64,000 bases of DNA from Dehalococcoidia bacterium (GCA_965215425.1 OZ244064.1:2791634-2855633); one strand, 5' to 3'. Positions 1 through 10,149 are shown, numbered from the stretch's first letter. Numbers and translations: made by a program. Notes: generated by a model from the sequence alone, not told the origin.

Positions 1-2
1 CG

Positions 3-719
3 GTGGAGTTGGCCGGCGCAATCCGGCAACAGGCCGGGACCGCCGCCGGCGCAGAGCTTGTTCTCTGTCCGCCCAGCATTTCCCTGGCCGCCGTACGGGA
101 TGCCCTGGACGGTTCTCCGGTAAAGGTAGGCGCCCAGAATATGCACTTCGAGGACGCCGGGGCCTTTACCGGAGAGATTGCTCCGCCGATGCTCTTGGGG
201 TTATGCGACTACGTTATTTTGGGACACTCGGAGCGGCGCCAGCTATTCGGCGAGACCGATGAAATGGTCAACCGCAAGGCCCTGGCCGCCCTTCGCCACG
301 GCTTGCGGCCCATCCTCTGCGTCGGGGAAACCCTGGCGCAGCGGGAAACCGGCAACGCCGCTGCCGTAATCGCTCAACAGGTGCGTTCCGGTCTCGCCGA
401 TATTCGCGAAGTTGACCTAAACCGCCTGATAGTCGCTTACGAGCCGGTCTGGGCGATCGGCGCCGGCCAGGCGGCCACCCCGGAAATCGCCGCCACGGTA
501 ATGGATGGAGCCGTCCGGGAAACTCTCCGCTCCCAATTCGGCGCCCTAGCCGGGGAAATACCGCTTCTCTACGGGGGCAGCGTGAACGCCGGCAACATTG
601 CCGACTTTGCCGCCCAGTCCTGCATTCACGGCGCGCTGGTCGGCGGCGCCAGCCTGCAAGCCGACTCCTTCATTGAAATCGCCCGATTGGCCGGGGAAGT
701 AAAGGCAGCCGTTTCATAA
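3..719 (+). CDS. tpiA: Triosephosphate isomerase (5' end outside window)
   Basis: ORF is open from the window edge. TIM hallmarks are present: GAQNMH..GAFTGEI, ILGHSERR, catalytic loop VAYEPVWAIGAG, YGGSV. Confidence 0.9.
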   Translation: MELAGAIRQQAGTAAGAELVLCPPSISLAAVRDALDGSPVKVGAQNMHFEDAGAFTGEIAPPMLLGLCDYVILGHSERRQLFGETDEMVNRKALAALRHGLRPILCVGETLAQRETGNAAAVIAQQVRSGLADIREVDLNRLIVAYEPVWAIGAGQAATPEIAATVMDGAVRETLRSQFGALAGEIPLLYGGSVNAGNIADFAAQSCIHGALVGGASLQADSFIEIARLAGEVKAAVS

Positions 720-764
720 GTCAACCAGCACGATGATCGAAGCCGTTATTATCGAACCGTTAAA

Positions 765-1751
765 ATGACCTTTGCTGACGCCCCGATTATTTTTCTAGTC
801 GGCCCTACAGCGGTGGGTAAGACCCGGCTGGCTATATCCCTGGCGCAAAGGTTGAACGGGGAGATAATCAACGCCGACAGCCGCCAGGTTTACCGGCACA
901 TGGACATCGGCACCGCCAAGCCTACGCCGGAAGAACAAAGCCAGGCTCCCCACCACTTACTCGACCTGCTCCCTCCCGACCGCAGCTTCAGCCTGGGAAG
1001 TTTTCTTTCCCTGGCCAGGCAAGCCATCATTGGTATTTCCGGGCGCGGCCATTTGCCCATCGTCGCTGGCGGCACCGGGCAATACGTCTGGGCCTTGCAA
1101 GAAGGTTGGGCCGTGCCGGAGGTTCCCCCCGATGCTGGGTTCCGGGAGCGCTGCCAACAGACGGCGGCAACCGCGGGTAATCAGTCCCTGTACCGTCGGC
1201 TACAGAAAATAGACGCTCAAAGGGCTGCGGAATTAGACCCGAGAAACCTCCGGCGAATAATCCGCGCCCTGGAAATTCACCACGTTACCGGTCACCTGCC
1301 CTCTGACTACCGCCGGCGGGAAGAAGAACTGCCCGGCTCCGGCGGGGGCGGGCTTACCGTCGGGCTTACACTGGAACGGGCTGCCCTCTATGAACGGATT
1401 GACCGGCGGATTGACCGGATGATGCGCGGCGGCTTGCTCGCCGAAGCCCGCAACATTGCCGCCATGGGCTATCCCCTGGGAACCGGGCCGCTGGCCTGCC
1501 CCGGCTACCGGGAATTGGGTCAGTATCTCAACGGCGAAACCTCTCTGGAGGAGGCGGTACAGCGAACCAAGTTTCAGACCCACCGCCTGGCCCGTCGCCA
1601 ATATACCTGGTTCAAGCCGGATGACCCTCGCATCCACTGGCTGGATGCGGATAATCCGGCCCTGGACGAGTTGGCCTGGGAGCGGGCCGCCGGGTTGAGG
1701 GGAAATGTAAATGTCGCCTCTTTCTCCTCCAGGGAGCCGGACCGGGGATGA
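765..1751 (+). CDS. miaA: tRNA dimethylallyltransferase
   Basis: P-loop GPTAVGKT followed by INADSRQVYRHMDIGTAKPT, typical of MiaA. Length 328 aa. Confidence 0.9.
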   Translation: MTFADAPIIFLVGPTAVGKTRLAISLAQRLNGEIINADSRQVYRHMDIGTAKPTPEEQSQAPHHLLDLLPPDRSFSLGSFLSLARQAIIGISGRGHLPIVAGGTGQYVWALQEGWAVPEVPPDAGFRERCQQTAATAGNQSLYRRLQKIDAQRAAELDPRNLRRIIRALEIHHVTGHLPSDYRRREEELPGSGGGGLTVGLTLERAALYERIDRRIDRMMRGGLLAEARNIAAMGYPLGTGPLACPGYRELGQYLNGETSLEEAVQRTKFQTHRLARRQYTWFKPDDPRIHWLDADNPALDELAWERAAGLRGNVNVASFSSREPDRG

Positions 1752-1799
1752 CCGGGCGGGATCTGGTACAATGAACCCAACCTGCGGAGCGAGGGCCTG

Positions 1800-2648
1800 A
1801 TGAAGTTTACCAAGATGCACGGGGCCGGCAACGACTACATCTATATCGATGCCCGCCACTTGGCGGAAGACTGGCCCGCTCTGTCCCGCGCGATGAGCGA
1901 CCGTCATTTCGGCATCGGCGGCGATGGAATCATCCTGATTCTCGACTCGGACCGGGCCGACCTGCGGATGCGGATGTTCAATGCCGACGGTTCGGAGGGG
2001 GAAATGTGCGGCAACGGCATCCGCTGCTTCACCAAGTACGCCATTGAACGGGAAATCGTACCCCGTCCGGAGGGTGGCCTCAGCGTAGATACCCTGGCCG
2101 GGGTCCGCACCGTGTTTCCCGTTTATGACCGGGACAAGGTAACTGCGGCGCGGGTTTCCATGGGCCGGCCCAAACTTAACCCCGTCGACATTCCGGTTAA
2201 CCTGGACCCGGCGATGAGTTCGGTCCACGGCCCGGTGCTCAAGTACCCGATACACCCCGGCAACTTCCGCCTGTTCCTGTCCTTTATATCCATGGGCAAT
2301 CCCCACGCGGTAACCTACATTGACCAGCCGGTAGGGGAGTTTCCCCTGCATAACATCGGCCCTTTGGTCGAAGGCCACCCCATATTCCCCCGACGCGTGA
2401 ACTTTGAGATCGTAAATCGGCAGGACGCCCGCCACCTGAATGCCCGGGTCTGGGAGCGGGGTTCCGGCGAAACCATGGCCTGCGGCACCGGCGCCTGCGC
2501 CATAGCCGTCGCTTCCCGGTTGCAGGGATTGATTGACGACCGGGTTGACATAACTCTCCCCGGCGGCACTTTGACCATCGAGTGGGACGGTGAGGGAGAG
2601 GTTTTCCTGGAAGGCCCGGCGGAAGAGGTTTTTTCCGGAGAGTGGTAG
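1800..2648 (+). CDS. dapF: Diaminopimelate epimerase
   Basis: N-terminus MKFTKMHGAGNDYIYID. Both catalytic Cys contexts are present (GEMCGNGIRC and ETMACGTGACA). Confidence 0.9.
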   Translation: MKFTKMHGAGNDYIYIDARHLAEDWPALSRAMSDRHFGIGGDGIILILDSDRADLRMRMFNADGSEGEMCGNGIRCFTKYAIEREIVPRPEGGLSVDTLAGVRTVFPVYDRDKVTAARVSMGRPKLNPVDIPVNLDPAMSSVHGPVLKYPIHPGNFRLFLSFISMGNPHAVTYIDQPVGEFPLHNIGPLVEGHPIFPRRVNFEIVNRQDARHLNARVWERGSGETMACGTGACAIAVASRLQGLIDDRVDITLPGGTLTIEWDGEGEVFLEGPAEEVFSGEW

Positions 2649-2717
2649 CCGTTATGAGCTTGGCGGCAAAAAGCTAACCTATATAGCTAACCTATATATT
2701 GAAGCAGAGTAAGCAAA

Positions 2718-3896
2718 ATGAACTTCTCCACCCGTCTAGGCAAGTTGGCTCCCTATCCCTTTGTAGAAATCTCTCGGATTATCGCCGAGAAGCGGGCTGC
2801 CGGGGCTGACGTAGTAACCTTTGGCATTGGCGACCCGGACATTCCCACGCCTCAGCCCATCATCGACCGGCTGCTGTCCGCCGCCCAGCATCCGCCCAAT
2901 CATCGCTACCCGGAAACCGACGGGCTGCCGGAAATGCGCCGGGCCATCGCCTGCTGGTACGAGCAGCGTTTCGCCGTCAGCCTGGACCCGGAGCGGGAAG
3001 TCCTGCCCCTCATTGGCGCCAAGGAAGGTATCGGCCACGTGGCTTTCTGTTTCCTGGACCCGGGCGACCTGGCCCTGGTGCCCGACCCGGCCTATCCGGT
3101 CTATGGTGTTGGCGCTATGTTCGCCGGCGCTGAGAGTTACATAATGCCCCTGTATGAGGCTAACGGCTGGCAGCCCGATCTGTCCGCCATTCCCCGGGAG
3201 GTGGCCCAGGCGGCCAAGGTGATGTGGCTCAACTATCCCAACAACCCGACCAGCGCGGTAGCCACCGCCGATGATTTGGCGTCTTACGTCGCCTTTTGTC
3301 GGGAGCACGACATCGCCCTGCTCCACGACGCCGCTTACAGCGAGGTAGGCTATGACGGCTACCGAGCGACCAGCCTGCTCCAGGTGGACGGGGCCAGGGA
3401 GGTGGGAATCGAGTTTCACTCCCTGTCCAAAAGCTACAATATGACCGGCTGGCGGATGGGCATGGCCGTGGGCAATGCTGACATGATCAAGGCGTTGTTC
3501 CAGATAAAGGCGAACCTGGACTCCGGCATCCCCCAGGCCATCCAGGAAATGTCCATGGAGGCCCTCACCGGCCCCCAGGATTGTATCGAAGAGAACCGGG
3601 TCATCTACCAGCGCCGGCGGGATCGGGTAGTTAACGCCCTGCGCAAGATGGGGTTGTCCGTGGCAGTTCCCCAGGCCAGCCTCTACATTTGGGCCAGGAC
3701 GCCGGAGGGTTTTACCTCTGCCGAGTTCGCCGCCCGGCTGCTGGAGGATACAGACATTGTGGTTACCCCCGGCTCCAGCTACGGACAGTACGGCGAGGGG
3801 TATATCCGCCTTTCCCTGACTACCCCGGATGAACAGGTGGAGAAAGGCTGTCAACGACTGGAATCCTGGGCCATACCGGCCCCCGCCGGGAGATAA
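2718..3896 (+). CDS. dapL: LL-diaminopimelate aminotransferase-type class I aminotransferase
   Basis: Motifs [17 protein letters not shown] and the PLP-Lys motif [14 protein letters not shown]. Directly downstream of dapF. Confidence 0.8.
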   Translation: MNFSTRLGKLAPYPFVEISRIIAEKRAAGADVVTFGIGDPDIPTPQPIIDRLLSAAQHPPNHRYPETDGLPEMRRAIACWYEQRFAVSLDPEREVLPLIGAKEGIGHVAFCFLDPGDLALVPDPAYPVYGVGAMFAGAESYIMPLYEANGWQPDLSAIPREVAQAAKVMWLNYPNNPTSAVATADDLASYVAFCREHDIALLHDAAYSEVGYDGYRATSLLQVDGAREVGIEFHSLSKSYNMTGWRMGMAVGNADMIKALFQIKANLDSGIPQAIQEMSMEALTGPQDCIEENRVIYQRRRDRVVNALRKMGLSVAVPQASLYIWARTPEGFTSAEFAARLLEDTDIVVTPGSSYGQYGEGYIRLSLTTPDEQVEKGCQRLESWAIPAPAGR

Positions 3897-5076
3897 GCTC
3901 ATAGCTAAGCGGACGGTTGCCACCGAACCGGAGCCGGAAAAGGCTATTCTGGTTGCCGTAGAGGTAAAGAACCGCTCCCATCTCTGGGAGTTGGACGATA
4001 CCCTCGAGGAACTGGCCTACCTGACCCGCGCCGCCGGCGCCCAGGTGTCCGGCCAGGTAACCCAGCGGGCCGACCGGCTAACCCCTACCTACGTAGGCAA
4101 GGGCAAGCTGCAAGAAGTCCAGGAAATGGTGGCCGAGCGGGATGCCAAAACGGTCATCTTCGACGATGAGTTGACCCCTACCCAGCAGCGCAATCTGGAG
4201 GCAGCCCTTCAGGTGAAGGTCATTGACCGTACCGCCTTGATTCTCGATGTATTCGGACGCCACGCCCGCACCCATGAGGGTAAGCTCCAAGTTGAACTGG
4301 CCCAGCACCAGTATTTGCTGCCCCGGCTGGTCGGCCAGTGGTCTCACCTGGAGCGGCTGGGCGGCGGCATCGGCACCCGCGGCCCCGGCGAAACCCAGCT
4401 GGAGACCGACCGCCGTATAATTCGCCGTCATATCCAGAAAATCCAGCAGGAGTTGGACAAGGTCAGGCAGCGGCGTACTATCTACATCGGACGGCGCAAG
4501 AAGGCCAGCGTGCCGATGGCAACCCTGGTCGGCTACACCAACGCCGGCAAAAGCACCCTGTTCAACGCCTTGAGCGATGCTCAAGTGGAAGCCGAAGATC
4601 AGTTATTTTCCACCCTCGACCCGGTTACCCGCCGCATCCGTCTGCCCGCCGGCGACGAACTGCTCTTGACCGACACCGTGGGCTTTATCCAGAAACTCTC
4701 GCCAATGGTGGTAGCCGCCTTCCGCGCTACTCTGGAAGAACTGGCCGAGTCGGACATCCTGATTCACGTGCTGGACATAACGCATCCCAAAGCGCCGGAA
4801 CAGGCCGAGGTGGTAGAGGAGACCCTGGCAGACCTGGGGCTGAGCCAAAAGCCCCGCCTGCTGGTCATCAACAAGTTGGATTTGTTGGCCGACCAGCCGA
4901 TCGGTCGCACCTCAAGCCAGCCCCCTCTCCCTCCGTCGGGCCTGGAGTCCTGCCCCAGCGTCCTGGTCTCGGCAGCCAAAGGCTGGAATCTGGATTTGTT
5001 GCTGGAAGCGGTGGAAACGCAGCTGGTGGCGATGGACGGGGCGTTGACGGTGTTACTGCCCCCGGCCGGCCGGTAA
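3829..5076 (+). CDS. hflX: GTPase HflX
   Basis: HflX N-domain (EKAILVAV...) then G1 [10 protein letters not shown]3 DTVGF, G4 NKLD. The only canonical in-frame start is ATG 3829, which overlaps dapL by 68 nt, so the start is uncertain. Confidence 0.85.
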   Translation: MNRWRKAVNDWNPGPYRPPPGDKLIAKRTVATEPEPEKAILVAVEVKNRSHLWELDDTLEELAYLTRAAGAQVSGQVTQRADRLTPTYVGKGKLQEVQEMVAERDAKTVIFDDELTPTQQRNLEAALQVKVIDRTALILDVFGRHARTHEGKLQVELAQHQYLLPRLVGQWSHLERLGGGIGTRGPGETQLETDRRIIRRHIQKIQQELDKVRQRRTIYIGRRKKASVPMATLVGYTNAGKSTLFNALSDAQVEAEDQLFSTLDPVTRRIRLPAGDELLLTDTVGFIQKLSPMVVAAFRATLEELAESDILIHVLDITHPKAPEQAEVVEETLADLGLSQKPRLLVINKLDLLADQPIGRTSSQPPLPPSGLESCPSVLVSAAKGWNLDLLLEAVETQLVAMDGALTVLLPPAGR

Positions 5077-5282
5077 ACGCTTCCCAAACTCCCTGACCCA
5101 TTGGTTCGCACAATAGACGTTATGTAACATCCCCCAGCCAATTTTCCTTAATGGACTTGACATAACGGGTTTATGCCCGGTCAGGGGATTTTTCACCGCC
5201 GAGCTGCCGAGCGCGTGGAGATTCGCCGAGTTGCTCCGGCCAGCAGGATCTTCGGGATGACAAGGTATTCGGGAGGGATAGT

Positions 5283-6032
5283 ATGCGAGTTGCTGGAAAG
5301 GTGGCATTGGTCAGCGGGGGCGCCCGGGGTATTGGCGCCGCCACCGCTAAACTGCTGGCTCAGGAAGGGGCGACCGTCGTCCTGGCCGACGTGCTGGAAG
5401 TAGAGGGCCACGCTACGGCGGCGCAAATTGGGGAAGCCGGCGGTCGGGCGGTGTTCATGCCCCTGGATGTTACCGACGAAGAAAACTGGCGTCAGGTCAT
5501 TGCCGCGACGGTGGCCGCTTACGGCAAGCTGGACGTGGTAGTGAACAATGCCGGTATCAGTGGCCGCGCCGCGGTGGCCGAAACTGAGGTGGAGACTTGG
5601 GACCGGGTGATGGCGGTGAACGGCAAGGGGGTATTCCTGGGCGTCAAGCTGGCAATCCCGGAACTGCGGAAGGCCGGCGGTGGCTCCATTATCAACATCT
5701 CGTCCATCTACGGGATAGTTGGCAGTGAAACCTCCGCCGCTTACCACGCCTCCAAAGGCGCAGTGCGTATCTTCACCAAGTCGGCAGCCATCCAGTACGC
5801 CAAAGATGGCATCCGGGTTAACTCGGTGCATCCCGGCTTTGTGGACAGCCCGATGACCGCTGCCGCTCATGCCCTCCCGGAAGTTCACAACCTGCGGGTA
5901 GGCCGGACTCCTCTGGGCCGCATGGGAACGCCGGAAGACATCGCCGCGGGCATTCTCTACCTGGCCTCTGACGAATCCTCCTTCGTTACCGGCAGCGAGT
6001 TGGTGATTGACGGCGGGATGACGGCCCGTTAG
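5283..6032 (+). CDS. SDR family oxidoreductase
   Basis: Motifs SGGARGIGAA, NNAG and YHASKGA. SD GGGAGGGA lies upstream of the ATG. Confidence 0.8.
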   Translation: MRVAGKVALVSGGARGIGAATAKLLAQEGATVVLADVLEVEGHATAAQIGEAGGRAVFMPLDVTDEENWRQVIAATVAAYGKLDVVVNNAGISGRAAVAETEVETWDRVMAVNGKGVFLGVKLAIPELRKAGGGSIINISSIYGIVGSETSAAYHASKGAVRIFTKSAAIQYAKDGIRVNSVHPGFVDSPMTAAAHALPEVHNLRVGRTPLGRMGTPEDIAAGILYLASDESSFVTGSELVIDGGMTAR

Positions 6033-6110
6033 GGCCCGCTCGCCCCGGCCCTTTCTCCAGGGAGAAGGAGTAATTACGGAATAATTATCGATGCAATTAC
6101 GGTTTCAGGG

Positions 6111-6139
6111 TTGCGCCCTTGCTTCTATCTCCCTATAAT
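6111..6139 (+). promoter_or_regulatory. Putative sigma70-type promoter of the tRNA cluster
   Basis: TTGCGC (6111-6116), 17-nt spacer, TATAAT (6134-6139), about 30 nt upstream of the first tRNA. Confidence 0.4.
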
Positions 6140-6168
6140 GATACCAGTGTAACGTTAAGGGAACCGGC

Positions 6169-6244
6169 GGGCGGTTAGCTCAGTGGTTAGAGCGCCTCGT
6201 TCACACCGAGGAGGTCGGAGGTTCAAATCCTCCATCGCCCACCA
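6169..6244 (+). tRNA. tRNA-Val (anticodon CAC), CCA encoded
   Basis: Hand-folded cloverleaf: acceptor GGGCGGT/ATCGCCC, D arm GCTC..GAGC, anticodon stem CCTCG/CGAGG with loop TTCACAC, T arm GGAGG-TTCAAAT-CCTCC. Confidence 0.9.
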
Positions 6245-6286
6245 TACGAGGCTCGGTTCGATGGGGATCGGTTCCGGTTTAACCCG

Positions 6287-6373
6287 GCCGAGGTGGCGAA
6301 ACGGCAGACGCGCTGCGTTCAGGGCGCAGTGTCCTTTATGGACGTGTGGGTTCAAATCCCTCCCTCGGCACCA
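6287..6373 (+). tRNA. tRNA-Leu (anticodon CAG), long variable arm, CCA encoded
   Basis: Acceptor GCCGAGG/CCTCGGC, anticodon stem CTGCG/CGCAG with loop TTCAGGG, long variable arm, T loop TTCAAAT. Confidence 0.9.
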
Positions 6374-6472
6374 TCTTTTCCGGTAGTATTGTATTGTCGG
6401 TCCGACCTCCCGCAAGACGTTGAGCCTCCCGTCGGAAAAGAATATATCGTCAGACATCGGCGCCGGGAACAC

Positions 6473-6548
6473 GCGCTTGTAGCTCAGCGGATAGAGCGCT
6501 GCCCTGCGGAGGCAGAGGTCGTGGGTTCGAGTCCCACCAAGCGCGCCA
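6473..6548 (+). tRNA. tRNA-Arg (anticodon GCG), CCA encoded
   Basis: Acceptor GCGCTTG/CAAGCGC, anticodon stem CTGCC/GGCAG with loop CTGCGGA, T arm GTGGG-TTCGAGT-CCCAC. Confidence 0.9.
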
Positions 6549-6621
6549 GCTACGCCAGCTACCGGGAACCGTTAGGTAAACCCCGGCCCCCTCTTCCGCT
6601 AATGACCGGAGCCTTACTTTC

Positions 6622-6698
6622 GGGCGGTTAGCTCAGATGGCTAGAGCGCCTGCTTTACACGCAGGAGGTCACTGGTTCGAGTCCAGTACTGCCCACCA
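6622..6698 (+). tRNA. tRNA-Val (anticodon TAC), CCA encoded
   Basis: Acceptor GGGCGGT/ACTGCCC, anticodon stem CCTGC/GCAGG with loop TTTACAC, T arm ACTGG-TTCGAGT-CCAGT. Confidence 0.9.
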
Positions 6699-6869
6699 CT
6701 CCGGCTCTGTACCAGCCGAAACCTCTCGTGCCAAGGCTCGGATCGTGCTACTATCATCACCCCGGCGGAACCTTCCGGTCGGGCGGGATTTTCACAATCG
6801 GAAGCATCACCCCGGTAGAACCCCGGGTGATGGCTGGAGTAAGCGCGCTACCGGAGAAGGACCTTCATC

Positions 6870-7520
6870 ATGCTGAGATTCGTTGAGGAAATCGTTCTGC
6901 TCCTGCTCCGCGATGAGGGCGGGAGATTCGTGCAGTTGCCCAGCTGGTCGCTAGACTATGCCATCGCCGGCGGAGTGCTGATGGATCTGGCGATGGAAAA
7001 CCGGATCGACACCGATCTGGAGAACCTGATATTGCTTGATTCCACGCCAGTCGGCGACAGCCTGCTTGACCCGACGCTGGCCGAAATTGCCGCCGGAGAG
7101 CAGCGCGACGCCCGTTTTTGGGTGGAACACACCGCGCAACGCGCTTATGCAATCCACGACGAGGCCCTCTCCCGGCTGGCTGCCCTCGGCGTTCTGGAAC
7201 GCCGGGACGACCGTTTCCTGTGGGTTTTCCGCTCCAGACGCTATCCGGTCATTGACGGCCAGGCCGAGCGTGAGGTTAAGCTGCGCATTATGGGGGTGCT
7301 GTTCAGCGACGAAATCCCGGACCCGCGGGACGTGATGCTTATCTGCCTGGCCGACGTCTGCGGCATCTTCAACCGGCTGTTATCCCGGCAAGAGCTTAAC
7401 CGGGCATCCGGCCGCATCGCGCAGGTGCGCCGGCTGGACCTGATTGGTCAAGCTATGTCCCAGGCCATTTTTGACATCCAGGCATCCGTCGCCGCCTCGG
7501 TACAGGGCCACATGGTATAA
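6870..7520 (+). CDS. GPP34/GOLPH3-family protein
   Basis: N-terminus (L.EE..LL.L.DE.G.F.........A.AGAVL.DL....R) resembles the bacterial GPP34 family as I recall it. 216 aa. Confidence 0.65.
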   Translation: MLRFVEEIVLLLLRDEGGRFVQLPSWSLDYAIAGGVLMDLAMENRIDTDLENLILLDSTPVGDSLLDPTLAEIAAGEQRDARFWVEHTAQRAYAIHDEALSRLAALGVLERRDDRFLWVFRSRRYPVIDGQAEREVKLRIMGVLFSDEIPDPRDVMLICLADVCGIFNRLLSRQELNRASGRIAQVRRLDLIGQAMSQAIFDIQASVAASVQGHMV

Positions 7521-7665
7521 CAAGGTATAATTCGCCGTCATCCGCCGTCCGCCGCTCTATTGTCCGAGGCGCCGCCACTTCCGGCCAGGCTTTAGGGCGC
7601 CCGCCGGCGGTCATCGGATACGGTAAGTTAAGCCGCGGAAGCCCCGAGGCCTAAAAGCCGCGCCC

Positions 7666-7694
7666 TTGACAGCCTGCAATTATCCCCCTACATT
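7666..7694 (+). promoter_or_regulatory. Putative promoter of dxs
   Basis: TTGACA (7666-7671), 17-nt spacer, TACATT (7689-7694). Confidence 0.35.
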
Positions 7695-7766
7695 AACCGC
7701 AACCATTCAAACCCATCGGCGGCGGCGATTCCGCCACCAAGCCGAGGGGTCAAAAGGAAGTTTCCT

Positions 7767-9686
7767 ATGTCCAGCCGCCTTCTGGATAGGATAGATGCGC
7801 CGAGCGACCTCAAAGAACTGACTCGCCAGGAGTTAACCCAAGTCGCGCAAGAGGCCCGGGACACTATCATTTCGGTGATAACCGAGCGCGGCGGCCATCT
7901 AGCTTCCAACTTGGGCGTCGTCGAACTCACCCTGGCCTTACACCGGGTTTTCGACAGCCCCACCGACCGGATCGTCTGGGATACGACCAACCAGATGTAC
8001 ACGCACAAGCTGGTAACCGGGCGGCGCGAGGCCTTCAAAGACATCCGACTGGAGGGCGGCCTGTCCGGGTTCGGGGAGCCGATGGAAAGCCCTCACGATA
8101 CTCTCTGCGCCGGACATGCCGGCACCGGGCTTTCCATCGCCCTGGGCATAGCGCAGGGCGCGGCGAATCGCCGGAGCGACGCATGGACCATTGCGGTAGT
8201 CGGCGACGGGGCCTTGACCGCCGGCTCCAGCTTCGAAGCCCTCAACAACATCGTGCATCTCAACCCGGAAAAGTTAATCGTCGTGCTTAACGACAACGGG
8301 ATGTCCATCTCCGAGAACGTCGGTTTCCTCACCAACTGGCGCAAGCGCCTGATTACCCACCCCGAATACCGGGCGATGATCGGGCGCATGCAAGCCCTCT
8401 CGAAGCGGGTGCCTACGGGCGAGGCGATTTACCGTCTGGTCAAAAGATTCAAAGACGGGCTGGACAGTTTCATCCTACCGACGGTGTTCTGGACCGAGAT
8501 GGGATTCCAGTACCTGGGCCCGGTGGACGGCCACGATTTCAGACAACTTGAACAAACTCTCGTCCAGGCTAGAACGGCCACCGGCCTCGTTCCCTTGGTC
8601 CACGTCGTTACCCACAAAGGCCATGGCTATGCGCCGGCGGAGGATGACCCGGTCAAGTTTCATCAGCCAGGTTCGCCATTGGGCAGCGGAACCGGCGCGC
8701 CCACCTACTCCCGGGTATTCGCTCAGACCATCAGACGCCTTATGCAGGATGACGAATCCGTCGTCGGTATCTCCGCAGCGATGCTGGAGGGCACGGGTCT
8801 GGAGGAAGTCCGGCAAGAATTTCCCAACAACGTCTTTGATGTCGGCATCGCGGAGCAGCACGCCGTCAGCATGGCGGCCGGGATGGCCTCTACCGGCCTC
8901 AACCCTTTCGTTTCCATCTATTCAACGTTTCTCCAGCGGGCCTTCGACCAGATCGTCCACGACGTCTGCTTGCAGAACCTGCCGGTAACCCTGATTGCCG
9001 ATCGGGCCGGCATCGTTGGCGAGGATGGCAAGACCCACCACGGCGCCTTCGACATCTCGTACCTGCGTTGTCTCCCCAACGCCGTCGTGGCGGCGCCGAT
9101 GGATGAAAACGACTTGCAACACCTCATCTACACCGCCTATAAGCACTCCGGCCCTTTTGCGATCCGCATCGCCCGGGGAACCGCTACCGGCGCGCCGCTG
9201 GACCAGAATCTCCGGGAACTGCCGTTGGGCCGGGGCGCAGTGGTCCGGGAAGGCAACGACGTGGTCATCTTTGGCCTGGGCAAGCCGGCCAACGCGGCCC
9301 TGGAGGCCGCCGAGTTGCTTGCCGAATATGGCATTGCCTGTGGCGTGGTGAACTCGCTCTTTGTGAAGCCGCTGGATACCAGTATGCTGCTGGACACGGC
9401 CCGCAGTACCCGCCGCATCGTTACCGTTGAAGAAAACGTACTGGCCGGGGGGTTCGGCTCGGCAGTGCTGGAGGCCCTCGCCGCAGCCGGAATGGAGGTG
9501 ACGCCAGTCCACCGTATCGGTATGCCGGACTACTTCATTGAGCATGGCACGGCGGCAGACCAGCGCCGCCGGCTGCAACTGGACGCCGAAGGTATCGCTG
9601 ATCAAGTCCTGAAAGCCTTTTTCCCCGATGCAACGCCCTTGCCGTCTCGGAATAAAGCCGGACGGGAAGTGGCCGCCGGAACTTAG
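7767..9686 (+). CDS. dxs: 1-deoxy-D-xylulose-5-phosphate synthase
   Basis: Motifs HLASNLGVVELT, GHAGTGLS and TPP motif GDGALTAG...NDN. Transketolase-like middle and C-terminal domains. 639 aa. Confidence 0.95.
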   Translation: MSSRLLDRIDAPSDLKELTRQELTQVAQEARDTIISVITERGGHLASNLGVVELTLALHRVFDSPTDRIVWDTTNQMYTHKLVTGRREAFKDIRLEGGLSGFGEPMESPHDTLCAGHAGTGLSIALGIAQGAANRRSDAWTIAVVGDGALTAGSSFEALNNIVHLNPEKLIVVLNDNGMSISENVGFLTNWRKRLITHPEYRAMIGRMQALSKRVPTGEAIYRLVKRFKDGLDSFILPTVFWTEMGFQYLGPVDGHDFRQLEQTLVQARTATGLVPLVHVVTHKGHGYAPAEDDPVKFHQPGSPLGSGTGAPTYSRVFAQTIRRLMQDDESVVGISAAMLEGTGLEEVRQEFPNNVFDVGIAEQHAVSMAAGMASTGLNPFVSIYSTFLQRAFDQIVHDVCLQNLPVTLIADRAGIVGEDGKTHHGAFDISYLRCLPNAVVAAPMDENDLQHLIYTAYKHSGPFAIRIARGTATGAPLDQNLRELPLGRGAVVREGNDVVIFGLGKPANAALEAAELLAEYGIACGVVNSLFVKPLDTSMLLDTARSTRRIVTVEENVLAGGFGSAVLEALAAAGMEVTPVHRIGMPDYFIEHGTAADQRRRLQLDAEGIADQVLKAFFPDATPLPSRNKAGREVAAGT

Positions 9687-9788
9687 CTCTATTGACATTG
9701 TCCCGTCATTCTGGCGAAAGAGAGCCGGCCATCCCCCTGTACCACATACCTCAAAGGTCAACGCACCCTGGCAACCGGAGGCATTGTC

Positions 9789-10142
9789 ATGATAATCACG
9801 CGCATCTATACCGGCGAGGACGGCCAGTCCCACCTGGAAGAACTGGAAACCGATACCTTCCCCAACCCGGCCTCCCTTTCGGAGATAACCGGCATCCGGT
9901 TCCGGGTGCAGCCGCCGGGCCAGTTCAGCGATTGGCACGTCGAATCCCGTCGCAACTACATCATAACTCTTTCCGGCGAGGGAGAAATTGGCTTGGGCGA
10001 CGGCTCAGTGCACCGGATAAGCCCCGGCCAGGTTATGCTGGTGGAAGACCTGACCGGCCAGGGACACACGACCCGCGTCTCCAGCGAGGCGCCCCGGGTA
10101 ACCATCGCCATCCCGTTAGCCAACCAGACGCCAGGAACCTGA
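9789..10142 (+). CDS. Small cupin-like protein
   Basis: 117-aa ORF whose beta-rich pattern (W H....NYIITLSGEGEIGLGDG....PG.V.LVED..G.GH) is consistent with a cupin barrel. Weak assignment. Confidence 0.45.
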   Translation: MIITRIYTGEDGQSHLEELETDTFPNPASLSEITGIRFRVQPPGQFSDWHVESRRNYIITLSGEGEIGLGDGSVHRISPGQVMLVEDLTGQGHTTRVSSEAPRVTIAIPLANQTPGT

Positions 10143-10149
10143 CCGGCCT

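Noticed and set aside
1233-2435. Long antisense or out-of-frame ORFs overlapping well-supported genes. Examples: 1233-2435(-), 2736-3923(-), 8922-9938(-), 10033-11115(-), 14663-15775(-), 20510-21595(-), 25234-26196(+), 26634-27779(+), 27617-29299(+), 34153-35247(-), 38957-40150(-), 52635-53600(+), 60738-61505(+).
   Set aside because: Their translations are Arg/Gly/Pro/Ala-rich low-complexity strings with no recognisable motifs. Each is the mirror of a gene with strong family signatures, which is typical of shadow ORFs in GC-rich DNA.
6155-6876. ORF-track peptides across the tRNA cluster: 6155-6472(-), 6183-6386(+), 6293-6631(+), 6637-6876(+).
   Set aside because: They run through four well-folding tRNA genes and have no start context or protein-like composition.
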